Counted from the stretch's first letter, positions 14,694 through 28,881 are shown. The stretch is DNA of 64,000 bases from Octopus sinensis (GCF_006345805.1 NC_043003.1:59830001-59894000), one strand, 5' to 3'. Translations and numbers: made by a program. Notes: a model not told the origin generated them from the sequence alone.

Positions 14694-15039
14694 CGTGCGT
14701 TGTATACGCATATTACTCCGCAATTTGTAAGTGCTTGCGTCTACTCTCATAGATATATGTGTTTAGGATATATATTATATATATATATATAGATATATAT
14801 ATATATTATATATATGCCTCTACAAATACTCCATACATAACCTCATATACATGCATATATTTGTATGCCCATGCAGTGACATGCACGCCTTTCTAAAAGT
14901 AGAAAGGCAAAGTAAGAACAGCAAGGCGCGCACCTCATTTACTTTCGTGCGTGTGTGTGTCTGTGTGTGTGTGTACGTGTGTGTGCGTGTGTCTGTGTCT
15001 GTGTGTGTATTTTTCTTTCAATTCTTGATCAACTTTTAG

Positions 15040-15356
15040 CGGCACCGTTGTACTATTTAGCATGTCCTGGGCGCCTGCAGCAAGCGGGGCATATACCGAT
15101 CAGGTGTGGTTATACGCAGATGGTTTATATCACTGTGGGAGGGGCTGGAATCGGCTCCACGAACGAACAATTTCTGTATTGGGTCCGTGAAGACAAATGG
15201 CAAAGGTTACCACGCCGGAATCTGATCACGAAATGTTGGGAGCCGGAGCGGATAATTCAATTGTACGTTCTATCGGACGCTCTAAAAGACAAAACCTTGC
15301 TGCTGGGTAATTCTGGTCTTCTCTGTGCGGTTGAAGTGTTTGTTATGTTGTACTAA
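15040..15356 (+). other. GC-rich (~50%) non-repetitive island with one open frame; unexplained exon-like or regulatory element
   Basis: A pyrimidine-rich acceptor (ttttctttcaattcttgatcaacttttag) ends at 15039 and the frame stays open to TAA at 15356. No protein similarity recognised. Confidence 0.25.
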
Positions 15357-15799
15357 ATCAAGTGTATGTGTGTGCTTTTGTGTAAATTTCTCTCTCAGTC
15401 TCTCAATTTCACTCTCTCAATTCCCAGACATCACTCACATACACACATACGCGCGCGCGCACTGTCACAGAGAATACTGGCCAAATTATTCATAATGGCC
15501 CTGGAAGGTTTGAGTAAGATTTGAACTGCGAATATAGAAACTCATTGGTAAATAAGTTGTAAGACATGAAAATACCCTTGGTACCAAGTTAATGTTTCGA
15601 TAATCTGGTGAATGCCAATTACTGTAATTAATGAATTTGCCTCTGCATATTTGGTAATAGATGGTAATTAGGTAAAAAATACCAGTCGTGTCAGGTATCT
15701 TGTGGACTCGGCTATACATCTGGAACCTTTAGTTCCTTTTTTCGAACTGGTTATTAGACATCGCCGGAACTTACGGCGATCAATGTCTATCTAAAGTTA

Positions 15800-16061
15800 T
15801 CTTTATCTGTTACTCATTTCGGTCATTCGATTGCGGCCTGGCTGTGGCACAGCCTTAAAGTGATTAGTCGAAAAAAATTGATCCTACCTTTTATTTAGAT
15901 ATGGTACTTATTCTGTCGGTGTCTTTTGCTGTAACGCTATGTTACGCAAACTTAAACAAGCCAACAGCGGTTGCCAAGTATACGTATGTGTGCGAGTATG
16001 TATATATATATAATATATATATAATATATATTATATATATAGAGAGAGAGGAGAGAGAGAG

Positions 16062-16145
<84 letters not shown>

Positions 16146-16313
16146 TGATACACAAAATTGGCTTCCATAGAATTTCAGCCAACCAAATTCATTCACAAAC
16201 CATTGATCGGCCCGAGGCTATAGTAGAAGACACTAACCCAATATACTGCGCAGTGGGACTGAACCTGAAACCATGTGGTTGCAAAGCGAGCTCCTTAACC
16301 ACACACCCATGCT
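15800..16313 (-). mobile_element. Diverged family-A SINE with internal (TA)(GA)(GATA) microsatellite
   Basis: cggcccgaggctatagtagaagacac...gcagtgggactgaacctgaaaccatgtggtt is the reverse of the family-A head; a tail remnant lies at 15800-15975. Confidence 0.8.
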
Positions 16314-16944
16314 TCATTTCCCGATCACCTTCTTCTGGATTTGATCCAACTGGGCGCCAACTTGGGCAAATGCCGTTTCGCATAGTTTCACGAGGACCCA
16401 AATTTTTTAGTTAAACTGGGTCGAGGGAAACTGTGATGAAGCTCGTTTGATGAACTGGGGATTATATTAAGAATGTTCGTAGTGAAACATATTACTTATT
16501 GTCTGCTGTCCACAAGGTGAGACACAGAATGTCCGAGAGTGAATAAGTTCGCCCACAACAGCGAGTTCCATGGTTCTATCCCGTTGCATGGCAGCTGGAA
16601 GACTTAAAATTGTCAGTGGAAGAGAGTAGATGGAAACAGTGCAGTACCAGTTATTACAGAGGTCCAGCTTAGTGACACATTAAGCCATACGGATTCTCTC
16701 CAATGATTACCTTAAGGGTACGCGTGTCTATGATATACACAGCCGCTTACTCCTTAATTCAACGCACACACATTCCCCACGCGCGCTATCCCCTATGTAT
16801 GCATGTATGCATGTATGTATTACATATGCAGATGTAGAGGGAAAGAGAAAGAGAGGGAGAGACAGAGAAAGAGTGAGAGGCAGACAGATACACTCACACA
16901 CATGCATACATATATACACTGTGAGAGAAAGACAAAGAGAATAA

Positions 16945-16976
<32 letters not shown>

Positions 16977-16993
16977 CATATAACATATATAGT

Positions 16994-17024
<31 letters not shown>

Positions 17025-18081
17025 GATATATATATATATGTATATATGTATATATATGTATATATATATATGTATATATATATGTGTATATATATATATT
17101 ATATATATGATATATATATATGTATATATAAAGTTTCAACCATAATAAACACCAGACCTCACTCAGATCTACAGGCAAAAGGAAATGTGGCGGGGGTTTT
17201 GGCTGCCATGTTTTACCCCCTAGCGACAGAAACGACGAAAGTGAAATGAAATGTCTACCATCAGGAATGTTAAACCGGGTCGTCGCAGACTTTCAACGCC
17301 CGAAGCTGGGAACTGACTTCGGTTTTATGGTAGGCATCACAAATTCCAGTCGCATCCCAAGTTTGGGAACCTGGAATTATTATTGGATAACCGTAAAAAT
17401 AATAAATATATAAATAATATTTTTTTTTTTAAATTATGAAAAGTAGAAGTAAAACAACTAAAGCAAGAAAAAAAAAGATGGAGGGTTGGTGAGGGAAAAA
17501 GAAATAGAGGGAGTAAAAGATGGTGATTCAGTGAAAGAAGGAGGGGGGATAGAATGAAGAAGAGAATAGGAAGGGAGAGCGAAGGTGAAGAGGAGAGGAG
17601 GAGCAGAAGAAGTAGAAGTAGTAGGAGGAAGAAACGAGAGAGGTTTTGTGCTCTTGACTAACGTAATCATACAGACGTATGCAAACTTATAAGCGTGCAC
17701 ACATACACACATACATGCGCAGACACAGATACACAGACACACACACACACACACAGCATGTATATGCATATGTACACTCGTGCATACATATGTATGACAT
17801 GGGCGCGCACGTGTGTGCAAGATGGAAATTCATACTTTTAAACACATAAGCATACAGAAAGGCCACACTGAGCACACATGTGCACTTATCCATGCAGATG
17901 TATATGTGAGTGTGTACGTATCTAGTGTGCAGATTACAAGCACACACACACACACACAAATATATATATCATTGGTCTGTGTATCCAGATATGCATATAT
18001 GTATATATGCGCACGCGTTTATGCAAAAATATTAAAAAATAAATTCCGATATATGTGTGTATATATATATGCAAATACTCA

Positions 18082-18113
<32 letters not shown>

Positions 18114-18227
18114 AATATGTAATATATATATATATATATATGTATATGTGTATGTATATATGTATGTTTGAATGAACTCATAAACGTGGGTTTATATATG
18201 TATATATATATGCAGACACACACTCCA

Positions 18228-18296
<69 letters not shown>

Positions 18297-18914
18297 ATGT
18301 GTGTGTGCACATATGCATATATGGTTGCTTTTATTCATTCATATGCATATATGTATTCGACCATGTAAACAGACACGAAAAAAAATTTGGCTCTCAGTAA
18401 CTAAACATAATAAAGTTTAACCCAAAAACTAAAATATATTAAATTCTTGTACTCCCACTTCAGTTGCTTGTAGAATTACCATTCTTCTCCTTCCACCGTA
18501 TAACTCTTACTTATTCGGTTGCAGTTTTCAGGAGAATGGGATACGCATGCGTACTGCGATTCCGTTGGAATTTGTCGCCACCGCCCACACTAGTAGCTTG
18601 TTGAAGAAGCGCCTGTTTGTTAAATATCATGTAATGATATGAATCCAAAACATTGGAGTGATATATGTGTTCTCGGCTCTCCTACACGCAGTTTATATTC
18701 CCGGCTCACAGAGGCAGCTTGTCTTGTTCTATTATCGTGCTAACAACACTCGTCGGATTGCAAATCGGTTTTGGAAAAATGTTACGCTTTACTTATTACA
18801 TGCATATATAGGTATATACATTCACACACACACACACACACACACATACATTTGTATACATAAGTACATGAATACACACACATACACATAGAATATTTTT
18901 GGCACCGGCTCTAT

Positions 18915-18947
<33 letters not shown>

Positions 18948-19245
18948 TATATATACATATATATAACGTGTTGTCAGTGGAACGCGTAAACACGGGCGAC
19001 TGTAAAAGAGAACCACGCACGCATACATATAGATACATACGTACACACATTCATAAATGCACCCGCTAGTATACATGTATACGAAACTGGTTAGGAATAC
19101 TCGGAGTTTTACAAAAATACAAATTGCACCTATTCAGTGAACACTTGTAATAGGACATACATTTATGAATACAAGTTTTATATAATTATATACATATATA
19201 TATCCCCAAGACCTTGCACACACCCAAACGCACACACACACACAT

Positions 19246-19276
<31 letters not shown>

Positions 19277-19361
19277 CATACATACAAGAAGACATGAATA
19301 CATACCTACACACATTCTTATGCTTTTTATAATACGCATTGATTTTACAATTTGTTTGTGA

Positions 19362-19395
<34 letters not shown>

Positions 19396-20140
19396 CTATT
19401 CATTTATTTGTGAGCTTACATAGTATAATATAACTGTTTATACCAGAAGTTTGAATTATTTCATAATTATTTAACTTATATAGAAAAAGGGATAATTTAA
19501 GTAGTTAACGTAATTATTTGCTGTCTGTAGAATGTGGGAATTTTTACATTTTATTTATTTCCGAATAAGCTAATTTTTTACTTCATTTCAACAAGTCAAA
19601 AAGTTATTTTTAAAACGTCAGTTATGTAATATGTTTCTCACAAAGTCTCGTCTTAAAATATCATTTAATATAGATATTTTCACTATATATTTCGCAGTTC
19701 TAGAATTATTTTTTTTTAGATGTAATGCAAAACATGATATTACATTAAATTAAAATATTAAAATATATAGTGTAAATTTTAAAACGTCACACTCTATAAC
19801 ATAGAATATACTCTTTAAAAATGTATTTCATATATATATATAAAGGTAAAAAAATCTTCCAATTTAAATTATATGAAATCTAACTATAGAAAAAATAATA
19901 TATTTTGTAAGTGTTGAATGAAGAGAAATGTTTAAATATATAGTCATATATGCTAGTTAAATACATCGAATCTAGTGCATATATATATATATAATTTAAG
20001 ACATGGACATATGCAAAAATATATGTAATACATACAGATATAATTTAACAATTTATTGAAATAACGCGCCAATATCCATTTTAGAAATTAAAGCTTGAAA
20101 CAAATGATTATGAGTTAGTCATTAACTCGTCCTCCTCCTT

Positions 20141-20193
<53 letters not shown>

Positions 20194-20367
20194 AATAACA
20201 CAACCTCCGGGTTAACGGTTCTCTCCCCCGGCAATGCTTTTGACTAAATGCATATTGATAATGATACTGGCAAAAACATGAAAGTCACAAATTCAATATT
20301 TGTTACCTAAACACAAAATATTTCTTAACCTAATCAAACTGAAATTCCTCTATTATATTGGCGAGCT

Positions 20368-20412
<45 letters not shown>

Positions 20413-21359
20413 CAAATAAGATATAAGTAACACCTTAGTGTGGAGTAATTCACGGAGCGGTTTCGAATCACACCCAAGGCGATTTCGAAGCCGATCAATT
20501 ACTTCAACATGCTAATGTGTTTCAGAAAAGCATGAAAGCCACATAACTGACAACTGTGCGGCATTAATAATATATCCAACTTACATATTTTTGATGGGTT
20601 GGACGTCATGGAGCAATTGACCCTCTGCTTATCTAGGTATGTTACGATCTTAATAAATTTGAGGATTCTTTGTTCTACGCGGAATATAAACTTCGCCTAT
20701 CCTTACACCAAAGTCGATAAACGATAAAAGTGTTTTTTTTTAATTTCTATTTTGTTTTTTTTTACCGCGGTTATTTTAGTTAGAAAATGGTGGGGTTCCC
20801 GCAAAAACCCAAATCAATACTTGTGCCTTATAAATTATATTATTACGAAAAGAATCGTCATTAACCTAATCAACAGTATTATTTTTACTATTATCATTTT
20901 TATATTTATCATTATAATAAACTGTGGGCCCGATAAAATTGCACATTCTTTAAATATTGCTTATATTTAAAGATGCTTTATGATATGATTTTAGTATGTT
21001 AAATAATTAAGTTATATCTTACTTACGCTTGATGAAAGTTTAAAACTTTGGGGGTTTTTTCCCGTTATGTTTAAAGATTTCGATCATATATTTTCAATTT
21101 CGTTGTATAGTTTAAAATTCAAAAGCGTGTTGAAAGCGTAACACTCGAACGTAAGGAAAGCAGAATAATATTAATTGATGTAACTCAATTTAATTTAAAT
21201 AGTATATTTAAATGATCAGTGTATTTAGTTAAATTTCAATAGAGTATTTGAATACATTTTGAAAATATTTAACACGCTGAAAGAAATTAAAACTTTGAGA
21301 TTTTTTTTAGTTTATCAACTAAATTTTTGGTTTATAATAAGCGTAAAATATAATAAACA

Positions 21360-22132
21360 AACAGCAAAATAAATAAACAAAAGCACTAAGACAAAATATT
21401 AAAATGCAACAATAAAAACGCAACTAAGGCCTCAGGTAAACTTAGTCATATATATTCAACCATATATTTACGCATAAATACACTAAAATGTGTAAACACA
21501 TTTCTACATATATCCAGACACAAAAGCGCATTAATAGTCGTAACATACATATAAACAGACGCACAAATGCCATCATAGATATATGTATAAAGCAGACTAG
21601 GGTAAGAAAATTGAACAGCAACCAAAATATATCAAAACAATCACAACGACAACAGCATCATCATCAACAGCAACAACAACCACAAAGGCATACAAACTTC
21701 TGCTCCAACCAAAGTAAATATATATCTTAACAACGCGTCGGCTTCTGTCTCACCTATCAACACCAACAGAACGGCAATCTACTGCTAAGAACCGATAAAC
21801 TCCCACAACTTCTTATATTTACTTCTACTACTACTACTACACCTAATAATACAACTAAATATTACGACTGTGGCTACTACCATTACGGCTATCAGCACCA
21901 CCACCACCACCACTACTAGTGCTACTGCTCCCTGGTTCTGCTACTGCTGATGTTGCTACTACTACTACTACAACTACCGCTACAAAGTCAGCGATAAACA
22001 AAACACGAGATAATATTCGGTGTACAGTTGAAGAATTCTCTACTAATCTGTTTAATATTTTTATTACCCTTATCGTTATCATTTTTAAATTTTGGGTATT
22101 TGTGTGCATATTCACAACGGAAAATTGTTTCA
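21360..22132 (+). other. Putative long 5' UTR or leader of the 22133 exon, with a possible 80-codon Q/H-rich uORF at 21488-21730
   Basis: A-rich, CAA/CTA/CAC-repeat-studded, SINE-free sequence directly upstream of the candidate ATG. The transcription start cannot be located. Confidence 0.35.
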
Positions 22133-22249
22133 ATGTATGATTTGGATGCAAGCAGCGCCTATCCCGGGCCGTACAGTACCCCGGGCGGCAATCAAAAACT
22201 ATTCCGATACTTTATGGATGAAGATGTGCGCTGGACAAATACAGAAATG
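22133..22249 (+). CDS. Candidate first coding exon, MYDLDASSAYPGPYSTPGGNQKLFRYFMDEDVRWTNTEM (39 aa), gene unidentified
   Basis: High-complexity peptide; local GC peak (58% at 22141-22200) against AT-rich flanks; ATG at 22133; phase-0 GT donor (ATG|GTATAC) at 22250 followed by T-rich intron-like sequence. Kozak context is weak (T at -3) and no homology is recognised. Confidence 0.45.
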
Positions 22250-22545
22250 GTATACATTTATATCCACATCTATTATAACTATAAATATGAATATATATAA
22301 ATATATTGATAATACGTGTACAGTATATTACATAATATGTGTTTAATGTTCTTCGCTAAAATTTCATATGTTTTTTTTTTCATATAATTCATATATAATT
22401 TCATTATTTCTTTTTTACAGCAAAACATCATGACTTTATGATTTCAGTAATGCATATCTCTCCACTTCTTTTACGCTCTGCGTTATTCTGTTATGTATAA
22501 ATGTACGCGCACATACGTATATCTTTATACACGTATGCACCCGCG

Positions 22546-22576
<31 letters not shown>

Positions 22577-23327
22577 TATATATATATACGATGCTATGAA
22601 GCACTCAACTTCTAATAATATGATATGCATACTTTGGGCTGTACGTGTGTAATATAACACAATAAGATGATTTTTATGTATATGCGTGTGTGCAAGTATG
22701 TATATATTGATGTATGCGTGTATATACTTAAAATTTGATCTCTATATTGTTTATTGTCTGCCGCATAACCATTTAGTAATTTACCTATCCACTTCAGTTT
22801 CTGTAAACACGTACTTCCCGCCGCTTTGTTTTATTTACTTGATTCTCTCTCACTCTCACTCTCTCTCCCACACACGCACATATGTGTGTGTGTGTGCGTG
22901 TGTTTCTGTGTGTGTGTGCGTGTGTTTCTGTGTGTGTGTGTAATATATATACCAAGATGGTGCTTCAGTCAAATGATTGAAACAAGTAAAAGAACAAAAG
23001 AAAAAATAAAAAAATAAATATATATATATATACACACGCAGGTACAGATACACACTAAAATATACGCATATATACACAAACGTATACTGCTTATTTTATG
23101 TATGTAAATATGCATCATACATATATACACAGACACGAATAACCAAATTCATGTAATACGCACACACACACACACACGTACACACAAATAAGAAAATGTA
23201 CATATAAGTATACATACATGTGCATATCTGTTTATATTCGAACGCGCGCATCAGTATATATATGTATACATGTGCTACCATATAATGTAGCTTAAAGCGC
23301 CACCATCACCACCTCCACCACCACCAT

Positions 23328-23383
<56 letters not shown>

Positions 23384-23534
23384 TCGTGGCTGCTGTTGTT
23401 GATGTTTACGCCCCAGGCCAGACTCGATCAGTCAGATCTGTGGTAAAAGTGTTCCAGCTCTGGACGTCGTATATTAGAATATGTTGGGCTTAAAATCGTC
23501 AAAGACACGTTACCAGTATTTAAAAAAAAAATAT

Positions 23535-23588
23535 TATGTTACATAGTTCGAGGTAATTCTACCTGCCAATTTTATCCGGTTGGGCAAC
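23535..23588 (+). repeat. 54-bp segment with an inverted copy at 25180-25233
   Basis: 52/54 identity to the reverse complement of 25180-25233; the inner 41 bp (23548-23588) match perfectly. Confidence 0.9.
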
Positions 23589-23984
23589 CAACCATGCAGA
23601 GGAGACACATTGATGCTATTGTTGCTGCGAACGCAACTATGTTTTTGCTAGCATCGATGCATCATTTCATGCAAGCCTTGGCCTCTGTCCACTCCCCACC
23701 CTTTCACACCGGTTCAAATAGTTCATAATAAGGTCTTTAACCTCCGACGAGTTATTGAAGCAGTTATTACGATATATAACCTCAGTACACACATGTTTAG
23801 CCACACATATGCATATTTAGCCTTTCATCTCTCTCTCTCTCACACACACACACACATACACATACGTATGCATATATGTGAAAGTAAGTGTTTACACAGA
23901 CACACAAATGCGCGTGTGCACACACACGCACACACATACACACACTTATATATATATATGCGAGTATGTTTTTACATATATATG

Positions 23985-24015
<31 letters not shown>

Positions 24016-24170
24016 CCGTACGTATAGGTCTAGTGCTGCAAATAGGAAAAATAGAACTGAAAACATAAGTATATATATATATATATATATATATATTAAT
24101 ATTTACCGCAAGCAACAGAGTGACTCAAGAGTTAAGAGTTCCATGCGTTAGCAAATATATATACATATAT

Positions 24171-24212
<42 letters not shown>

Positions 24213-24317
24213 AGGAAATAATTTACCGTCATAAGAGAAATTACAAAGAGACCATGTGCTATTTTGTGGCTAAGGAGTCTACGACTCACATATATAAATA
24301 TATATACATATATATGC

Positions 24318-24349
<32 letters not shown>

Positions 24350-25099
24350 ATGTGTGTGTGTGTATATATGTATATTTAAGATAGGGTTAAAATCCAAATT
24401 GTGTCCTCTTGAAGTACATTTGCTTTATTCCTCTATTCCAACGCATATGTAGAAGTTCTATAATTGTGTGAGGTGTAAATAACGGTTGAAAATTCCTTAA
24501 AATATTTTCTGCAATTCATAAAACTAGATTAGGAAAATTTCATAGCATTATATTCTGTCCGAAAATTTTCTTATGGGTGATATCTTATATGTTTCTCTTG
24601 GATGTAAAATTTTGTAACTCTTATTAGCAAATGAAACGTGTGTAATGGTGAATAAATAATATAAAATTTTTCATTCTCTTGGTTTCATACACACGCACAC
24701 ACACATTCACACGCACACTCTCTCTGTCACAGACACACACACACACACACATGTTTGTGCGTGTTGTGTTTGTACGTATTCGACTAATATACATTACACA
24801 GTAGTAGTTATTTAGATAGGTAGATAGATAGAGCGATAGATAGACAGACAGATAGACAGATAGACAGATAGACAGATAGATAGACAGATAGATAGATAGA
24901 TAAATGGATAGGTAAGTATGTAGATAGATGGATAGATAAGTATGCAGATACATGGATAAATTGATGGATCGAGAGAAAGATAGATAGATAGATAGATACA
25001 TACATACATACATACATACATACATACATACATACATACATACGCAGAGGCAAATTTTATATTCATGCAATCTTTCACAGGTATTTTCTAATATATGCA

Positions 25100-25270
25100 G
25101 AAGGCCTGAAATTTGGAGGGAGGGGTTGGTCGAAAAAAATCAACCCTATACTTGCTGGTACTTTATTTTATCCTCCACCGTTGCCCAACCGGATAAAATT
25201 GGCAGGTAGAATTACCTCGAATTATTTAACATAGTTGAACTTGATGGAATATGAACTCAGAACGCCAGAA
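25100..25270 (-). mobile_element. Family-B SINE interrupted by an inverted 54-bp insertion
   Basis: ctggtactttattttatc and agttgaacttgatggaatatgaactcagaacg are colinear SINE parts. The usual gaccccgaaaggatgaaaggca segment is replaced by the insert. Confidence 0.75.
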
Positions 25271-25317
25271 AATGTAGCTAAGTAAACCCAGGTACTTTGT
25301 TTGAAGCTTCAGCAAAT

Positions 25318-25500
25318 CTTTTTGTCCCCCATCACCGCTTGACAATCGGTGTTGGTGTGTTCACGTCTCTACTACTTAGCGGTTCGGAAAAGAGAACGAT
25401 AAAGTACCAGTCTAAAAATAAAGTATTTTGGTCGATTCGTTCGACTCATAATCTCCAAGGCGGTGCTCCAGCGTGACCGCAGTCTAATGATCGAAACAAA
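25318..25500 (+). mobile_element. Family-A SINE 3' half
   Basis: catcaccgcttgacaatcggtgttggtgtgttcacg...acttagcggttcgg...caaggcggtgctccagc. Confidence 0.8.
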
Positions 25501-25890
25501 ATATATGTCACTTCACCATTAACGAAATCTAGGAAGGGACCAGAGAAGTATTCAAAACAGAACCGCTCGGCCAGGTAGAAATAGCAACCAAGTTTCCATC
25601 AAATTGTACACTGTAGATTTAAAGCTGTCATTTAATTTCGCCCGACAAAAATGATAACAAATAAGGAAAAGGAAAATAATCTAAGCATGGATGGCTAGGG
25701 TTGGATTGACTGTTTTCTCTCTGTTGTCGATCAAGGACTCATGGGTCCGGTTACTTGGTTTCCATGGGTGTAAGTGATCGCGATCGCAACATTCTCCTGA
25801 AGAGGACGCCGGTCCGTTGCCAGGTTCAAGACTAGCAATTTTTATGGGAGCAGGCGACTCGGTTCCAAATATTCTCCTGCTTGACGTCTT

Positions 25891-26023
25891 AATTATTTTA
25901 TCAACTTCATAATGACGAAAGTAAAGTTGACTTCGGCGGAATTTGAACTCGGAACGTTAGGAACCAAAAGAAACGATGCTGATCATTTTGTTCGACGTGT
26001 TAACGAATCTGCCAGCTCGTCGC
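25891..26023 (-). mobile_element. Family-B SINE fragment
   Basis: aaagttgacttcggcggaatttgaactcggaacg...aacgaatctgccagctcg. Confidence 0.8.
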
Positions 26024-26086
26024 TTGCTTTTAATATCGGGTCTGTGTAAATTCAGAACGTATGACAGAGTAGTCTAATAAAAGTTC

Positions 26087-26247
26087 CAGGGGTGGTTGTG
26101 CGGTAAGAAGTTTGCTTCCCAACAACATAGTTCCGGGTTCAGTCTCATCGCGTGGCACCTTGGGCAGGTGTCTTGAACTATAACCTCAGGACGACCAAAG
26201 CCTTATGAGTGGATTTGGTAAACGAAGACTAAATAAAAAAACCCGTC

Positions 26248-26290
<43 letters not shown>

Positions 26291-26490
26291 CATATGTATG
26301 TGTGTGTGTGTAGTTGTTCCTCCTCACCAGGAGAATCAGTGTTGGTAAATTTACGTTCCCTTTACTTAGCGGTTAGGCAAAAGAGAACGATAAAATAATT
26401 ACTAGGCTTTACAAAATAATAATAATGGGAGCTAAATTCTTCAAGGCGGTGCCCCAGCATGACCGCAGTTTAATGATTGAAACAACTAAA
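26087..26490 (+). mobile_element. Family-A SINE
   Basis: gtggttgtgcggtaagaagtttgc...gttccgggttcagtc...caccttgggcagg, internal (TA)(TG) repeat, conserved tail. Confidence 0.88.
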
Positions 26491-26598
26491 ATATATCGTT
26501 TGAATGTTATTAGAAACTTAGGTATTTCAGAACCCACGAAAGTCGACTCTTATGTGGCCACTCCACATTTTAAATGTAGCAGGAAAATCTCTTTCATG

Positions 26599-26973
26599 TA
26601 ACCCTTTTAATACTAACCAACATGAGTTTGATCTGGTTTCATGACACAGACTTTGTATTTTAAAGACCTCTAGGTTAAAATCTTTCATTAAATTTTCATG
26701 CTAATTTTTTCCAAACACCAGTTTAATTATGACAAAGTTATTTAATAAAATTCTTTATTTTAAAAATCAATTTAAACAATGGCGAAGTATTACCACTTTT
26801 GATACAAACTGGTCTTAGGCTGACCATGATTCTGTGATTCTGTTTAAATTTACCTAAATTAATATCTTCTATCAAAATTTCATGGTAATTTGTTCCAAAT
26901 TCCTTCATTTTGAAAATTAATTTTGAAGCAAAGGGTTTGTATTACAACAGAAACGCAATAACAAAAGTGTTAA
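26599..26973. mobile_element. Degenerate MITE, probably a head-to-tail dimer, with piggyBac-like TAACCCTTT ends
   Basis: Starts taacccttttaatac and ends aaaagtgttaa (imperfect TIR). An internal restart ttaccacttttgatac at ~26790 is followed by a similar second unit. Confidence 0.5.
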
Positions 26974-27454
26974 ATTTGTAGAACCGGTTTTAAAAGGAGA
27001 TGTTAGATAAGGTACCACTGGTTAATAACCTGGATGGTCGTGGTTGAAATAATTCTGATCATACATTTGTTCCATCAGAACTGAACTGGGATCACACATC
27101 AGAAACAACAACCACAGCAACTACAACAACACATTTGTCTAAATGTCAAAGAGAAAAGCTTTTATGTGGTCGCTAGATTCGCTAGAGACAGCAGTTGAGT
27201 TTGTCTCATAAAACTGCATGGCTCATTGCATAATGCAATGCTAAGTTATGTGAGTTGGCCATGGTTTGAGGCTCAGAATATAAATGTGCTCAATCAAACC
27301 TGACACTGGAGAGGAGTTTAAATAACAACAATAGTACCAGCAACAACAGCATGTGTAGCAGCAGGAGCAGTAGTAATAAGTGGACTGTGAACTTCTCGAT
27401 ATCAGCTTCATATAGTATTGAACCTAGTACTTAATTTTAAGTCCAGTACTTATA

Positions 27455-27665
27455 TCAGGCTTTTGCCGAATCACTAACTGACGGGATGTAAATAAAACAA
27501 CGTCGATTGTCAAGCAATGATGAGGCCACACGCACACACGCACACACGCAAATACACATATATACACGAGGGGCTTCCGCACTGTTTCCGTCTACTATAT
27601 TACTCACAAAAAGAAGACTCTTGCTTAAGGGATTGAACCCGAGGCCACGTGGTTGCGAAGCTACA
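27455..27665 (-). mobile_element. Internally deleted family-A SINE
   Basis: cttttgccgaatcactaac...gtcaagcaatg tail remnant and gtttccgtctact...gaacccgaggccacgtggttgc head remnant. Confidence 0.65.
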
Positions 27666-28232
27666 TCTTCATTCGGCTAGCTAAATATTTAACAAAGAAA
27701 CATGAAATATAAACTACAGCAAATCAAGATAAAATATAATGGTCGAAGCTGGGAAACCTCTTTGATGATGGTTCTGCACTCAACCCCGATTGAATAGGGA
27801 ACTGCAACACAAACAATATCGGTATTAGAGAAGCTATTGTATATTCTGTTATGAAACCGGTAAAGGAATTTTCGAGCGATTGGTTATTATACGCAGATAC
27901 ACGCTTCAAAATGAAGGTAGTTATACATGAATATATACATTCATTGACAGATATATAGATATATGCATATATGTGTGTATGTGTATGTAAACACAAAATC
28001 ATATATGTTTATGTGTATACACACGCACACGCAGGTAGTAACGAGCATGTCTACTAAACAAAATATTTAGATACAGCTAAGATATCGACATACTTCACAC
28101 ATACACACACACACACGTTATGAACAATATTAATATACACAACATAAAAAATATATTTATATATATATATATATGTATATAGATAGATGATATAAAAAAC
28201 CCACATAAATACATATATAAACAATATATACA

Positions 28233-28278
<46 letters not shown>

Positions 28279-28284
<6 letters not shown>

Positions 28285-28798
28285 AATATGTATTACATAT
28301 ATGTATTACATACACATAAACAGACGTATAAATGTGTATCTGCGCGCCCAAACTTACATACATAGAAATTCATCAACAATTTTACGTATTTGTTTAAAGT
28401 TTAAAGTAATAACAGTCCTGAATGTGCCTTAATTTCCTCTCACCAACTCCACAATAATGCATAATTTGATAGAGTTTAGAGTTAGTTATATACATGCATA
28501 TACAGAGCGCATGTATGTGTACGAGCATGTGTGTGTGCGCACGCGTGTGTGTGCGTACGTACGTATGTACGAGTGTATGCATGTATATATTTGGCACGCG
28601 TAATTGTTTGTGTGAAAACATCAATTCTTAGCAACATAAAAAGCAATAATATATGTATTTTACCCTATATTAGAAATGTTTAAATTTTCTATAGAAAACA
28701 CAGACAAACTTACCTACGTGCAAAAAATTGCACGTGTTTTTATGTACTTCTGCTCATTCATATTATTGAAATAAATTATAAGCGCATTATATATAAGC

Positions 28799-28833
<35 letters not shown>

Positions 28834-28835
28834 TA

Positions 28836-28881
<46 letters not shown>

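Noticed and set aside
15163-15180. 11-nt complement to miR-375 (cgaacgaacaa)
   Set aside because: Matches of this length to some miRNA are expected by chance in 64 kb, and there is no hairpin.
22028-22132. Apparent signal peptide MKNSLLICLIFLL upstream of the candidate exon
   Set aside because: It starts at TTG, not ATG, with an in-frame stop at 21995-21997. The hydrophobicity reflects T-rich UTR sequence.
23535-25233. Interpretation of the 54-bp inverted repeats as TIRs of a 1.7-kb DNA transposon
   Set aside because: The mismatches lie at the outer ends, there is no transposase remnant, and a SINE straddles the right-hand repeat.
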